A DNA stretch of 62,225 nt, counting the filler, from Chiloscyllium plagiosum (Eukaryota): the NCBI RefSeq assembly GCF_004010195.1. It is 3 parts of one record of this genome, joined end to end, with 100 filler letters (N's around TTAATTAATTAA, not from the genome) between each part and the next. Parts side by side here need not be neighbours in the genome. Positions count along the whole stretch, not along the records: positions 1 to 27,104 come from NC_057714.1; 2 more parts are not named here. One strand, 5' to 3'. The position numbers and the translations under genes were made by a program. Below the pieces are notes generated by a model that saw only the letters and a program-made list of their open reading frames with translations, made no database searches and had not been told where the DNA came from. Below, piece after piece: positions 1 through 11,460 of the stretch; the stretch's first letter is position 1; each line of letters begins with the position of its first letter.

Positions 1-956
1 TATTGTTTGTAATTTTTATTAATGACTTGGATGAGGGGCTTGAAGGATGGGTCAGCAAGTTTGCAGATGACACAAAGGTTGGAGGTGTTGTTGACAGTAT
101 AGAGGGCTGTTGTAGGCTGCAGCGGGACATTGACAGGATGCAGAGATGGGCTGAGAGGTGGCAGATGGAGTTCAACCTGGATAAATGCAAGGTGATGCAT
201 TTTGGAAGGTCGAATTTGAAAGCTGAGTACAGGATTAAGGATAGGATTCTTGGCAGTGTGGAGGAACAGAGGGATCTTGGTGTGCAGGTACATAGATCCC
301 TTAAAATGGCCACCCAAGTGGACAGGGTTGTTAAGAAAGCATATAGTGTTTTGGCTTTCATTAACAGGGGAATTGAGTTTAAGAGCTGTGAGATCTTGTT
401 GCAGCTCTATAAAACTTTGGTTAGACCACATTTGGAATACTGCGTCCAGTTCTGGTCGGCCTATTATAGGAAAGATGTGGATGCTTTGGAGATGGTTCAA
501 AGGAGGTTTACCAGGATGCTGCCTGGAATGGAGGGCTTACCTTGAGAGGGTGACTGAGCTCGGACATTTTTCATTGGAAAAAAGGAGAAAGAGAGGGGAC
601 CTAATTGAGGTGTACAGATAATGAGAGGCATAGATAGAGTTGATAGCCAGAGACTTTTTCCCAGGGCAGAAATTGTTAACACGAGGGATCATAGTTTTAA
701 GCTGGTTGGCGGAAAGTATAGAGGGGATATCAGAGGTGAGTTCTTTACACAGACAGTTGAGAGATCATGGAATGCGTTGCCAGCAGCAGTTGTGGAAGCA
801 AGGTCATTGGGGATATTTAAGAGACTGCTGGACATGCATATTGTCACAGAAATTGGAGGGTTCGTACATTAGGTTTACCTTACATGAGGATCAATGGTCG
901 GCACAACATCGTGGGCTGAAGGGCCTGTTCAGTGCTGTACTGTTCTATGTTCTATG
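1..956 (+). mobile_element. CR1 (HER1-like) LINE 3' part: RT C-terminus, 3' UTR, microsatellite tail
   Basis: FINDLD...SKFADDTK, YKTLVRPHLEYCVQFW and RGDLIEVY motifs; frameshift near 545; ends ggcctgttcagtgctgtactgttctatgttctatg. Confidence 0.93.
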
Positions 957-959
957 AAA

Positions 960-2325
960 TATTGGTGAGTTGCCTTCTTGAATTGCCGCTGTCCATTTTG
1001 TGTGGTGACAGCACAGTGCCATTAAAAAATAAATTCCAGGATTTTGACCCAACCACACAGAAGGATTGAGAGTCACTTGGAGGGGACTTGCAAGGTGATG
1101 TTCTTCCCAAGCATCTGCTGCACTTGTCTTTCAAGATCTTGGTGGTTGTGGTTTTATGAGGTGCTAATCTAGGGAGCCTTGGTGAATTTCTGCATTGTAT
1201 CCTGTAGATGATACATGCCGAGTGTCAATGATGGAGGGAGTCAATATTTGTGTATGTGGTGCAAGTCAAGCAGGCTGCTTTGCTCTGGATGGTGTCAAGC
1301 TTCTTGAGTGTTGTTGGAGCTGCTGTCATCCACTCAAGTGGGAAGTATTCCATCACACTCCTGACTTGTAGATGGTGGATATGCTTTGGAGAGTCAGGAG
1401 GTAAGTGACATGCTACAGGTTTCATAGCCTCTGTCCTGATCTTGTATCCATAGTATTTAGATGACTCATCCTGTTCAGTTTCTGACTTCTGGTCAGAAAA
1501 TAAGGTCATGATAGTGGGGGAATTCCTTCTGCTCCTATTTCATTAGTTTGTACAAATGCTGCTTGCCACTTGACAGCCTTAACCAGGACATTTACATGGA
1601 CTAATTCAGTATCTAAGCAGTCGCAAATGGTGCTTACTGTTGTGAAATCAACAAACCTTCACAGCTTTTACCTTAGTATGGAAGGAAGGTAATTAATTAA
1701 GCAGCTGAAGATGGTTGGAAATCTTGAGGTGAGGACCTGGTCTGAGATGACCTCGAACAATGACAACCATCTTCCCATGTGCTCGGTATAACTCCAAGCA
1801 GTGGAGTTATACTTGAGTGGGTTTCTTGATACCACACTTGGTCAAGTGCAGCCTTGATCTCAAGGATAGCTCCAGAATTCAGTTCTTTTGTCCACAGCTA
1901 GACAAAGGCTATAATGAGATCAGAAACTGAGTAGCCTCGACAGAACCTGAACTGGGTATCAGTGGGAAGAGTTTAATAAACAGGTGCTGCTTAACAGCAC
2001 TGTGGGTAATACCTTCTATCACTTTACTGAAGATCGAGAATAGACTGATGAGGCAGTAAATGGGGGGTAATCCTGGTTGGATTTTTCTGCTTTTTGTGCA
2101 TTGGAAAAACTAGGCAATTTTCCACACTGCCAGGTAGAAGGCAATGTTTTCTCTACAATGGAACAGCTTTGCTAGGGCCATGGCAAGTGCTGGAGCATTA
2201 CTATCAGTAATCAGTCTGTTACCAGAATGTTGGCAGGACTCAGTCTTTGTAGTATCCAATGTGATATCTATGGGATTGATTTTGACTTTACACAATGATG
2301 TAAAATCATTGACACCAATCAGCAA
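960..2325 (-). mobile_element. Old non-LTR LINE ORF2 remnant (CR1/L2 group)
   Basis: QVRSVMEYFPLEWMTAAPTTLKKLDTIQSKAACL and APALAMALAKLF...VWKIA in broken frames. Confidence 0.7.
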
Positions 2326-2458
2326 CCCACTTTGCATCTGTCCTAGTTTGAGGCTCCATTGAGCTCCATTCATCTGTTTATATAGTTGTACCGGTCGATG
2401 CAAAATAAAGAAAACAAAATAAAATCCAATACAGAAGCTGATGGAAGCTTAGCCAAGT

Positions 2459-2874
2459 GGGTGGCATGGTGGCACAGTGGTTAGCACTGCTGCCTCACAG
2501 TGCTAGAGACTTGGGTTCAATTCCCGCCTCAGGAGTTTGCACATTCTCCCTGTGTCTGCGTTGGTTTCCTCTGAGTGCTCTGGTTTCCTCCCACAGTCCA
2601 AAAATGTGCAGATCAGCTTCTGTATTGGATTTTATTTTGTTTTCTCTATTTTGCATTGACCGGTACAACTATATAAACAGATGAATGGAGGTCAATGGAG
2701 CCTCAAACTAGGACAGATGCAAAGATGCAATTTAGCACCATGCTAAATTGCCCGTAGTGTTAGGTGAAGGGGTAAATGTAGGAGAATGGGTCTGGGTGGG
2801 TTGCGCTTTGGCTGGTCAGTGTGGACTTGTTGGGCCGAAGGGCCTGTTTCCACACTGTAATTAATCTAATCTAA
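2459..2874 (+). mobile_element. HE1-type tRNA-derived V-SINE, interrupted by a templated inverted insertion
   Basis: A-box TGGCACAGTGG 2470-2480, B-box GGTTCAATTCC 2514-2524, V-domain (gagtttgcacattctccc...ggtttcctcccacagtccaaa), CR1-like tail and (TCTAA)n end. Confidence 0.9.
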
Positions 2875-3510
2875 GAACTCACAGCAGTTTCAAAAGTTTA
2901 TATCTATACAGAATTTGAGAAAAATATGAATGTCTCTTGTCAATGAGGAATATATCATTTAGACTTTCTACCCTTGTTATCCAGTGAATCCTGCTAGAAA
3001 GTCACATACAGTATGTGGAAAAAAGTGGTGAGTTTGGCTGTGTTACAGCTTCCTCCTGTTGATGAGCATTTCTGTTCTTCCTTGAACAGTAGCTTGGTTG
3101 AATGTTTCTTCTTGAGTCCAATGCGTGAAGACAGGTCTGACTCACAGCACCATGACCTCAACTATGGGGAGGCAGGGCCCAATTCTACCCAGCCAGAATC
3201 TTTTACTATTGGCATCAATCAAATCTACACTAGCCATCTAACCAAGCGAGGCAAGTGGTCTCAGAAAGTGCTGTGATAATGTGTACTTTTACAACCTAGT
3301 TGTAGCCTTTAACTAGGAATAGAAATGGTTAGAGGCTCCTATTTCTTTCCAATGCATGATTGACCAGGAACTCCTCCCACACTTACTGCCTGCCATTGGT
3401 GCATTGAAAGGATTTACAAGTCAATAGATATTTGGTTGCATTATGAAGGCACCTTCCTTGGCCATCAAGTCCTAAAATGGGACTTCAACCTAGAGCTTCT
3501 GACTCCGAAG

Positions 3511-3676
3511 TGTGACTTGGAGGTGCTGGTGTTAGACTGGCAGTGGACAAAGTCAGAAGTCACATGACACCAGGTTATAGTCCAACAGGTTCAGTTAAAT
3601 CACGAGCTTTTGTCAGATGAAGGAGCAGCACTCTGTAAGCTTGAGATTTTAATTAAATCTGTCTTGTGTCGTGTGA
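3511..3676. mobile_element. Short PLE-derived foldback element with decayed hammerhead core
   Basis: Inverted arms cagaagtcacatgacac (3554-3570) / gtgtcgtgtgacttctg (3666-3682). Core remnant cagatgaaggagcagcactctgtaagc. Flanking imperfect direct repeats cttctgactccgaag (3496-3510) / cttctggctcagaag (3677-3691). Confidence 0.65.
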
Positions 3677-5499
3677 CTTCTGGCTCAGAAGCAGGGACTT
3701 CACTCATTGCACCACAAGAATTATTTTGTTAGTTACCAGGCGTTATTAATATCTTCCAAAAGTAAAAAAAGATGGGAGGGGGGAGGTGGCCAGGGAAGTA
3801 AATATCTAATTGGTGTCTGAAGGCTTGTTAGATGGTACTGTGAAGTTCTTGCTGTTAAATGAGTTTTGCTTCATATCTCAGAATAGAGAAACAGCATCCA
3901 GTTGTTAATGTACGCTTCCTCCCATTGTGCACTTTCAGCTAAGTGATATATTCACAGGCACTTGAAATAATTCCTTACAGTTTTTCTTAGTGTTAATGAA
4001 TTAATGGATACGTATAAAGTGGCAAAACATTACTGAAGTAATTAATAGAAAGTGTTAATGTACTAAATGAAATTTATCATGAGTAAGGTTTTGAATAAAA
4101 GAGCATTAAAGTGTGAGGGAAAACAATCTTCACAGCATAAAAAGAGTTCTGGAATCTTTTATCTTCCCATTTCATTCAGTTTGACCACTCAGTCTTGCAT
4201 AAACTCAGTATTCATCAATCTTGCTGAACACCACAGAGATGTCAACATTTTGAACAGCAGCATTCTGTGATTCTGAAGAGTACATCAGTCCAAATGAAAC
4301 TCACTGAAAATACATATTAATATTTCTGGAGGTATAGCCTCAAAATCCAACATGGTGAGTTGAATTTTGCTGCAGGATCAGGAGTTCAATGGCAATTCCA
4401 GATGACATGAAGTCCTGTGCAGACCCTGCAATCTCTTATCTTTCTGCCTAGTCTTTTTCAACAGACTCTGCAGGTCTGCCTCACTAAAATTGTGAGCTAT
4501 TGTTTTGTGATTCTGAGCTTTGTCTAGCGCCAACCGTACCTTCCTCTTCATAGCAAAGCAAATGGTTTTGAAGTTTGCTCCTGCGTGGGCTGAGCAAACT
4601 GTCCTCTCTCATGCTCAGTATGACAAAACAGGGCTTGGATATTAGTCTTTGTGAAGCTATGAGATCCTCTCAAGTTGTTCCTTGAGAACTTTTCTTTTGT
4701 CTCTAAATATTTTAATGAAAGATGATCTTGAAATGTAGGACAACAAGATGCATGAGTCATCCATGAAATGCAGTTGCCTGACACTGAACTGAGTGATCTT
4801 AATGTGTTCCTTCTGACCTGCTGTTTCCCCTGCCTGCTACTGAGGATCAAATGGAGCAATTTTCCTCTTCCTTTTCTGGGAGCATGTGCAAACACATTCA
4901 GTTGCAATAAGTAATCCACCCCTAATGGTGAGATGGCTGACCAGATTACCTGTCAATTAGCTCATTGAGAGTGAGTGAGGCAGAGTTTCTCACCCTGTCA
5001 CAGGCCTCGACACTGACCATCTTGGCCTATCACAGACCCACAACTTCTGGGTTCTAAAGTCTGCTGGTTGAGACCTAACCCTTGAGGGATCCAATGGCAA
5101 AAAGGCAAGGCCTTTACTGTACTCCTGGAGTGAAGGTCATATAGATGGAGACGGGATAGCTCGAACCAGGGCAGGGAGCAACTTTTTGAGGCTAATGGCT
5201 TGCACACCATCTGTGTTTTCAATTGCCCCTTAATCATCTCTCCCGTCAAATCAGCTAGCAGGATATCTTGGCTTCACAGTCAGAAAGCTAACTACTTTCC
5301 TACTTACTTGAGTGATTGAAGAGTGGCTGTTAAGTGACTGTTAATTGGCTGCCGAACGGTGTTAATCGAATTATCATCATCATCACAGAATCCCTACACT
5401 GAAGATACCATTCAGCCCATTGAGACCGCACTGTTAGCAAGTCAAGAAACCTGCCCATGCATCATTTCCGACTTGATCGGGGTACCCTAGAACTCTACG

Positions 5500-6545
5500 G
5501 GAAGTAATTGCTGGGTCTCTTGCTAAGATATTTGCATCATCAATAGCCACAGGTGAGGTGTCAGAATACTGGAGGTTGGCTAACGTGGTGCCACTGTTTA
5601 AGAAAGGTGATAAGCAAAAGCCAGGAAGGGTTTAGAGAGTTGTGGGCCAAATGTTGGCAAATGGAACTAGATTTATCTAGGGTGGCTTTTCAGCATGGAC
5701 AAGTTGGACAGAAGGGTCTGTTTCCGTGCGGTACGTCTAAGGCTCTATGCCACGATGACTCTTGCCCAGTAGTTACCTACTGACGGGGCAAGAAAGGGTG
5801 AGTTTCTCTCTGGGCCAATTCATCCATTTGTTCTCCTTCTTGTTACCTATTTTGCCTCCTTCCAGAGAGGCTGGGGGGGGAGGGAACCACGTTTATAAAA
5901 TTATGGACTGATCACAGCACAGAAGGAGGCCATTCAGCCTGTGGTTATGCCTGATTCTTCTACCCTTTCCTAAAGGCCCTGCAAAGTTTTTCTCTTAAGA
6001 TATTTCTTCAATCATCTAATTGAAAGTTACAATTATATCTTCCACCATTGCAGGCAGTGAATTCCAGATCATCAGCACTTCCCACAGAAATCAACTTTTC
6101 CTCATGTTGCAATTGCTTCTTTTGCCAAACACTTAAATAAGTGTCCTCCAGTTCTTGAGATTTCAACCAACAGAAATAGTTCCTCTCCATCCAGGTACCA
6201 ATTTTTCAAGAGCAATTTGCGATGTTTAATAAATGCTGGCCCAGTCAGCAAACCCCACTTCCTCCAAATGTAGAAAAAAACTGCACTGTTCAGACCCTTC
6301 ATGATATAGCAAGCAATTAGAAAATAGAATAGAACGTTATTTATCACGTGATGAATTGTACACAAATATAAAGATGTTATTTATACAAGGCAAAAACGTG
6401 AGACCACATGATGGAGGACTGTGCAAAGTATTGGTCTCCTTATTTAAAGAAAAATGTGAATGTGATGAAGCAGTTCCAAGAACATTTACAAAATGAATAA
6501 CTGGAATGGGTGGGTAATCTGATGAGGAAAGGTTGGACATTTGAT
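5500..6545. mobile_element. Cluster of short CR1 fragments in both orientations
   Basis: WRLANVVPLFKKG at about 5570-5610 (+); CR1 3' end on minus about 5910-6200; VRPH...WSPYL fragment on plus about 6390-6540. Confidence 0.7.
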
Positions 6546-6719
6546 TGATACATTGGATTGTGTAGCACTGAATTATCTGGCGGGCATTTATTTCTGTTCC
6601 ACACATCCCTCTTTCATAAACCATTAGAGATAGAAAGAGTAGTGTTACACATATCGTCCATACTTTTCAGTGAAGAACCACACAAAGCATGTGTGATCTT
6701 GTAATGTCCTGGAGCTCCC

Positions 6720-9700
6720 AGTCATACAGCATGGAAACAGATCCTTTCATCCAAGTCATCCATGCCAACCAGGTTTGCAAAACTAAACTAGTCCAACTTG
6801 CCTGCATTTGGCCCATATCCCACCAAACCTTTCCTATTCATGCATCCATCCAAGTGTCTTTTAAATGTTGTACTGTATCTGCATCCACCATTTCCACTGG
6901 CAGTTTATTCCATACACGAACTGCACTGTGTGAAAACAATGCCCCTCAGGTTTCTTTTAAATCTTTCTCCTCCCATATTAAAACTATATCCCTAGCTTTT
7001 AACTTCCCAACCCTAGGGAATAGACTGTTACTGTTTACCTTATCTGTGTCCCTCATGATTTTATAAACCTCTATAAGGTCACCCCACAACGTCCTGTGCT
7101 CCAAAGAAAAACATCCTAACCTATCCTTATAACTCAAACCATCCAGTCCTGGCAACGTTCTGGTAAATCTTTTCTGAAGCTCCTCCAATTTAATAATGCC
7201 TTTCCTATAAAAGGGTGACCAGAACTGCACTCAGTACAGTACTGCAAAAGTGACCTCACCAATGTCCTGTCCAAACTCAACATTACATCACAGCTCCTAA
7301 ACTCAATGAACTGAGCAATGAAGGCAAGCGTGCTAAACACTTTAACCACTGTCTCTACCCTGTGCAGCTTTCAGAGAACTATATACCTGAACCCTGATTG
7401 ACAACACCATCCAGAGCTCTATCATTAACTGTAGAAGTTGTGCCCTTGTTTGTTTTACCAAAATGCAAAACCTCACATTTATCTAAATTAAACTCCATCT
7501 CCACTCCTCAGCCCATTGGCCTGAATGATCAATATCCCCTTGTAATCTTAGAACACCTTCTTCACTGTCTACTATGCTGCCAATTTTGATGCCATCCACT
7601 ACCTTACTAACCATGCCTCCTAAATTCTTATCTAAATCATTTATATAAAATGACAAACAAAAGTGCACCCAGTACCGATCCCTGTGGAACACAACTGGTC
7701 ATAGGCCTCCAGTCCAAAAAACAAACTTCCATCATTGCCCTCTGTCTCCTACTGTCTAGCCAATTTTGTATCCAATTGGCAAGTTCACCCTGAATCCCAT
7801 GTGATCTCACTTTACTAATTAGTCTACCATACAGAACCTTGTCAAAGGCTTTACTGAAATTCATGTACACAACATCTACCTGCTCTGTCCTCCACCTTTT
7901 TGGTTGTATCCTCAAAAAGTCAATCAAGTTTAAGAGACATGATTTCCCACAAAGAGCTATGTTGACTATCCATAATCACTCCTGTCTCTCCAAATGCATA
8001 TAAATCCTCTCTCTCAGAATCTCCTCCAACAACCTTTACCATCACTGATGTCAAACTCATAGATGTATCGTTTCCAGGCTTCTCTTTGATTTTCTTAATT
8101 AAAGGCATAACATTAGTCACCTTCCAGTCTTCAGGCACTTTAACCGTGGCTGTAGATGATACAAATATCTCTACTAGGAGTCCCATAATTTCTTCCCACA
8201 ACATTCTGGGATACATTTGAACAGATCCCAGAGATTTATCCAACTTTATGCTTTGTAAACCCTCCAGCACTTCCTCTTCTGTAATGTGGACTGTTTCAAG
8301 GCATCAATATTCATTTCCTCAACTTCCCTAGCCTCCATTTCTTTCCCCAATATGTCATATCCCCATTTTGCCCTCTTGATTTCCCCATTAAGAATGTGTC
8401 TGCATCCCTTATACTCTTCAAGAGATTCATTTGACCCCAGTTATCTATATCTAATATGACTCCACCTTATTCTCAACCAGAGACTCATTACCTTTACTTA
8501 TCCATTGTTCCCTCCTCTTACCACCTTATTCTTCACTCTACTACTGCCTCTGAATTCTCATTATCTCATGTTTGAAAGCCTCCTACTTGCCACTTGTCCC
8601 TTTACCTGTGAACAGTCGATTCCAATTAACTTGTTAAAGTTGTCGCATACTGTCAAAATCTGCTATACTCCAGTTAAGAACTTTCACCTTTATACAAGGC
8701 CTATCCTTTTCTACAACTACTTTAAAACTAATAGAATTATGATCAGTGGTCCCAAACTGCTCCACCACTGACACTTCAGTCACCTGTCCTGCCTTTCCCA
8801 AGAGAAGGCCAGGTTTTGCTCCTTTTCTAGTAGCTACATCTACATATTGATAAAGAAAATTTTCTTGAACACATTTAACAAATTCCTCACCATCCAAGCC
8901 TTTATACCATGGAATCCTAGTCTGTTTGGAAATTTATAAACCCTACTGTTTCAACCCTATTTTTCTTTCATTTATCGAAGATCTCTCTACATATTTGTTC
9001 TTCAATTTTCCTCTGACTATAAGGGAGCCTATCAAGCTATCCCATCAAGCTGATCATCCCCTTCTTATTTCTGAGTTCCACCCAAACAGCTTCAGTAGAT
9101 GATCCCTCATAAATATCCTTTAAGTACAGGAGCAATGTTTTTCTGAAGCAAAAACACCACCCCTCACCTCTTGCCTCTGTTTCTCTGCCGGTCCTGTCCC
9201 TCCCTCAGCCAATGTTCTGTAATCGCTATGATATCCCAGTTCCATATTCCTATACTGTACCGAGTTCACCTGCCTTACCCTTAATACCCCTTGTCTTGAA
9301 ATAAAGGCAGTTTAATTCTTCAGAGTTACCTCATTCTCTGACTTGCTCTGGTCTGCCTTTTCTGATTAGCTTGCACTTTATTAACTTAGAACCATCCTCA
9401 TCTGTCTTTCTATTCTCACTACTACGTGGGATCCCTCCACCCCCTCTCCATACTAATTTCAAGTCTCACAAATAAGACTAGCAAATCCCCCCACCAGGAT
9501 ATTGGTCCCCTTCCAGTTCAAGTGAAACTCATCCCTTTTGAACAGCTCTTTTCTAGCCCAGAAGAGATCCCAACGAGCCAAAAATCTGAATCCTTGCCCA
9601 CTCCATTTCCTCAACCATTGATTTATCTCCACTATCTTCTTATACCTACTCTCAATAGCACTTGGCAGTTGGAGTAATCCACAGATTACTACCTTTGAGG

Positions 9701-9745
9701 TTCTGCTTTTTAATTTTCTACGTCACTTCCAAGATTCACTCTGCT
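6720..9745 (-). mobile_element. Degraded long CR1 copy (ORF1 end, endonuclease, RT, 3' end)
   Basis: Collinear broken frames: GEEFVKCVQENFLYQYVD; KVPEDWKVTNVMPL; VDVVYMNFSKAFDKV...[17 protein letters not shown]...GDLIEVYKIM. Confidence 0.9.
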
Positions 9746-10699
9746 GTTCTTATTAAAGTATATAACAACAAACTAAAGGAATAATCATCAAGATTTAATG
9801 TTAAACTAAATAAACACTCGACAGTAACTGTTTTGAAAAGGAGTGGAACCTGTTCCTGTAATTGCCCTCGGTAAAAACTTGACTGTTCTTCCCCATTACA
9901 TTTCATTACACGCCCAGCTTAGAGGAATTCAATCAACATGCGAATTCGGTGATCCATCCTTCATTCTGTATCTAAAACAGAAGTTTCATAAGATTTGCAC
10001 AAGTTTTTATGAGTGAAACTCTCAATATCCCAGACTATTTTCAACATACAATTATAATGAGGTGTTTACAGCAATGAAAATAACAACTCAGAGGAACAGT
10101 GATTTCTATCACTTTGACAACGGAAGGGAGTATGAAAACATTGTTTATGTTGAGTCAATTATAGGAGTTGTTCCTCTTAAATATAAATAGGCGAATTAAA
10201 TCTAAAGGTATCTGTGACTGCACTAATTAAGTGTTAATTATGGATATCTAAAGCTCTCATTGAAAATTAAAAACACATTTGTCTCCTCCAAGATACCATA
10301 AATAATGAACTTTGTTGTTTAAGTTGAATAAGAGTCCAGCAACTATTAGCTCAGTAGTCATTTAAACTCCTGCACAATACTGTGAGTTAACATTGCCAGC
10401 AAATGAAAGCAAGGTTTTATGACAGGCACATGGAAGCATAGTTATAGGAAAGGGGAATAGCTACCAACATCAATTAAACTAATGGCTTGGACAACATTTG
10501 CATCATTCCTATGTGGGCTCAGACTAATAAGTCCTTCGGGACAGTATTCGGAAGATCTAAATAGATCACTATTTTGGCAGCAGAATGGGGCGGAAGCCAT
10601 TGATGGTGGCTATAATGAGGGCCTAAGGGATTGCATATCTACTTGTAAACTCACAAAGCTCTCGGAGTAAATTACACACAGAGTCATAAAGTACAGTTG

Positions 10700-11460
10700 T
10701 TATTAAGATCAAACATGACCCTTTTCTGCACTCTTTCACTGTGCCACTCACTTCCCATTTCCCAAGCTCAGTTCTTTCTTGAAAAACCTATCACTTCCTT
10801 CTTTGCCTCACTTGTTATTTTCCAAAGGCCTACTTGAGCACCCATCACTGCTTCCTTCTGTGCAACAATTCTAGCTTCCTATTTTTCTCTTTCAATAACC
10901 TTTGTACCCAGTCCACACACTAGGAGCTAGTCTGCCCAGCAACTTGCCCATTTCTCTTACTCCAGTCATTGCTCTCCCTTTGATTCGGATGATGGGGTAT
11001 TCATCATTAATCCTTTCAATATTTCTCTTTTTATAACTTTCAGCTACCTCTACTGTTTACTTCTGACCACAAACCTACTCCAAAATTAACACCATCCAAG
11101 CACTTGCATTTTTCTCTTCTTTCTCTCCTCTCTCCTGATGGCATCTTCAGACTGATCTTATCATTGAGACCCATCTTTGCTGAATCAATTCTATTCCAAG
11201 AAAAGGTCTGACCAATTTCTTTCCTTTCTGGCCCCATGCTATCTGATATTGTGAATAATTTCCTGTCTTCAGGTATTGGCCTTACAAGTCCCCTACTTTT
11301 TGTAGTTTAGGAAGAAGTCCTTGATGCTTCTGTCCTGAGAATTATTGGGCCATCGCCAGACTTTTCTCTCCTTCAGTGTCTTTGCAAGGGTCTTTAAGTT
11401 TGTGCCCATTTTTTGTTGTGACTGCATGTAACTATCTTGTAATCAGATTTCCTTTAGGGA
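10700..11460 (+). mobile_element. Highly decayed L2-like LINE fragment
   Basis: Pyrimidine-rich; LDASVL..Y..I-like RT-proximal remnant near 11320-11390. Confidence 0.45.

Noticed and set aside
2459..2530. tRNA gene
   Set aside because: The A/B boxes belong to a SINE head that continues into a V-domain and LINE-like tail; no full cloverleaf.
4548..4919. 123-aa ORF with faint Myb/SANT-like wording
   Set aside because: Similarity is too weak to support; possibly a very old Harbinger remnant.
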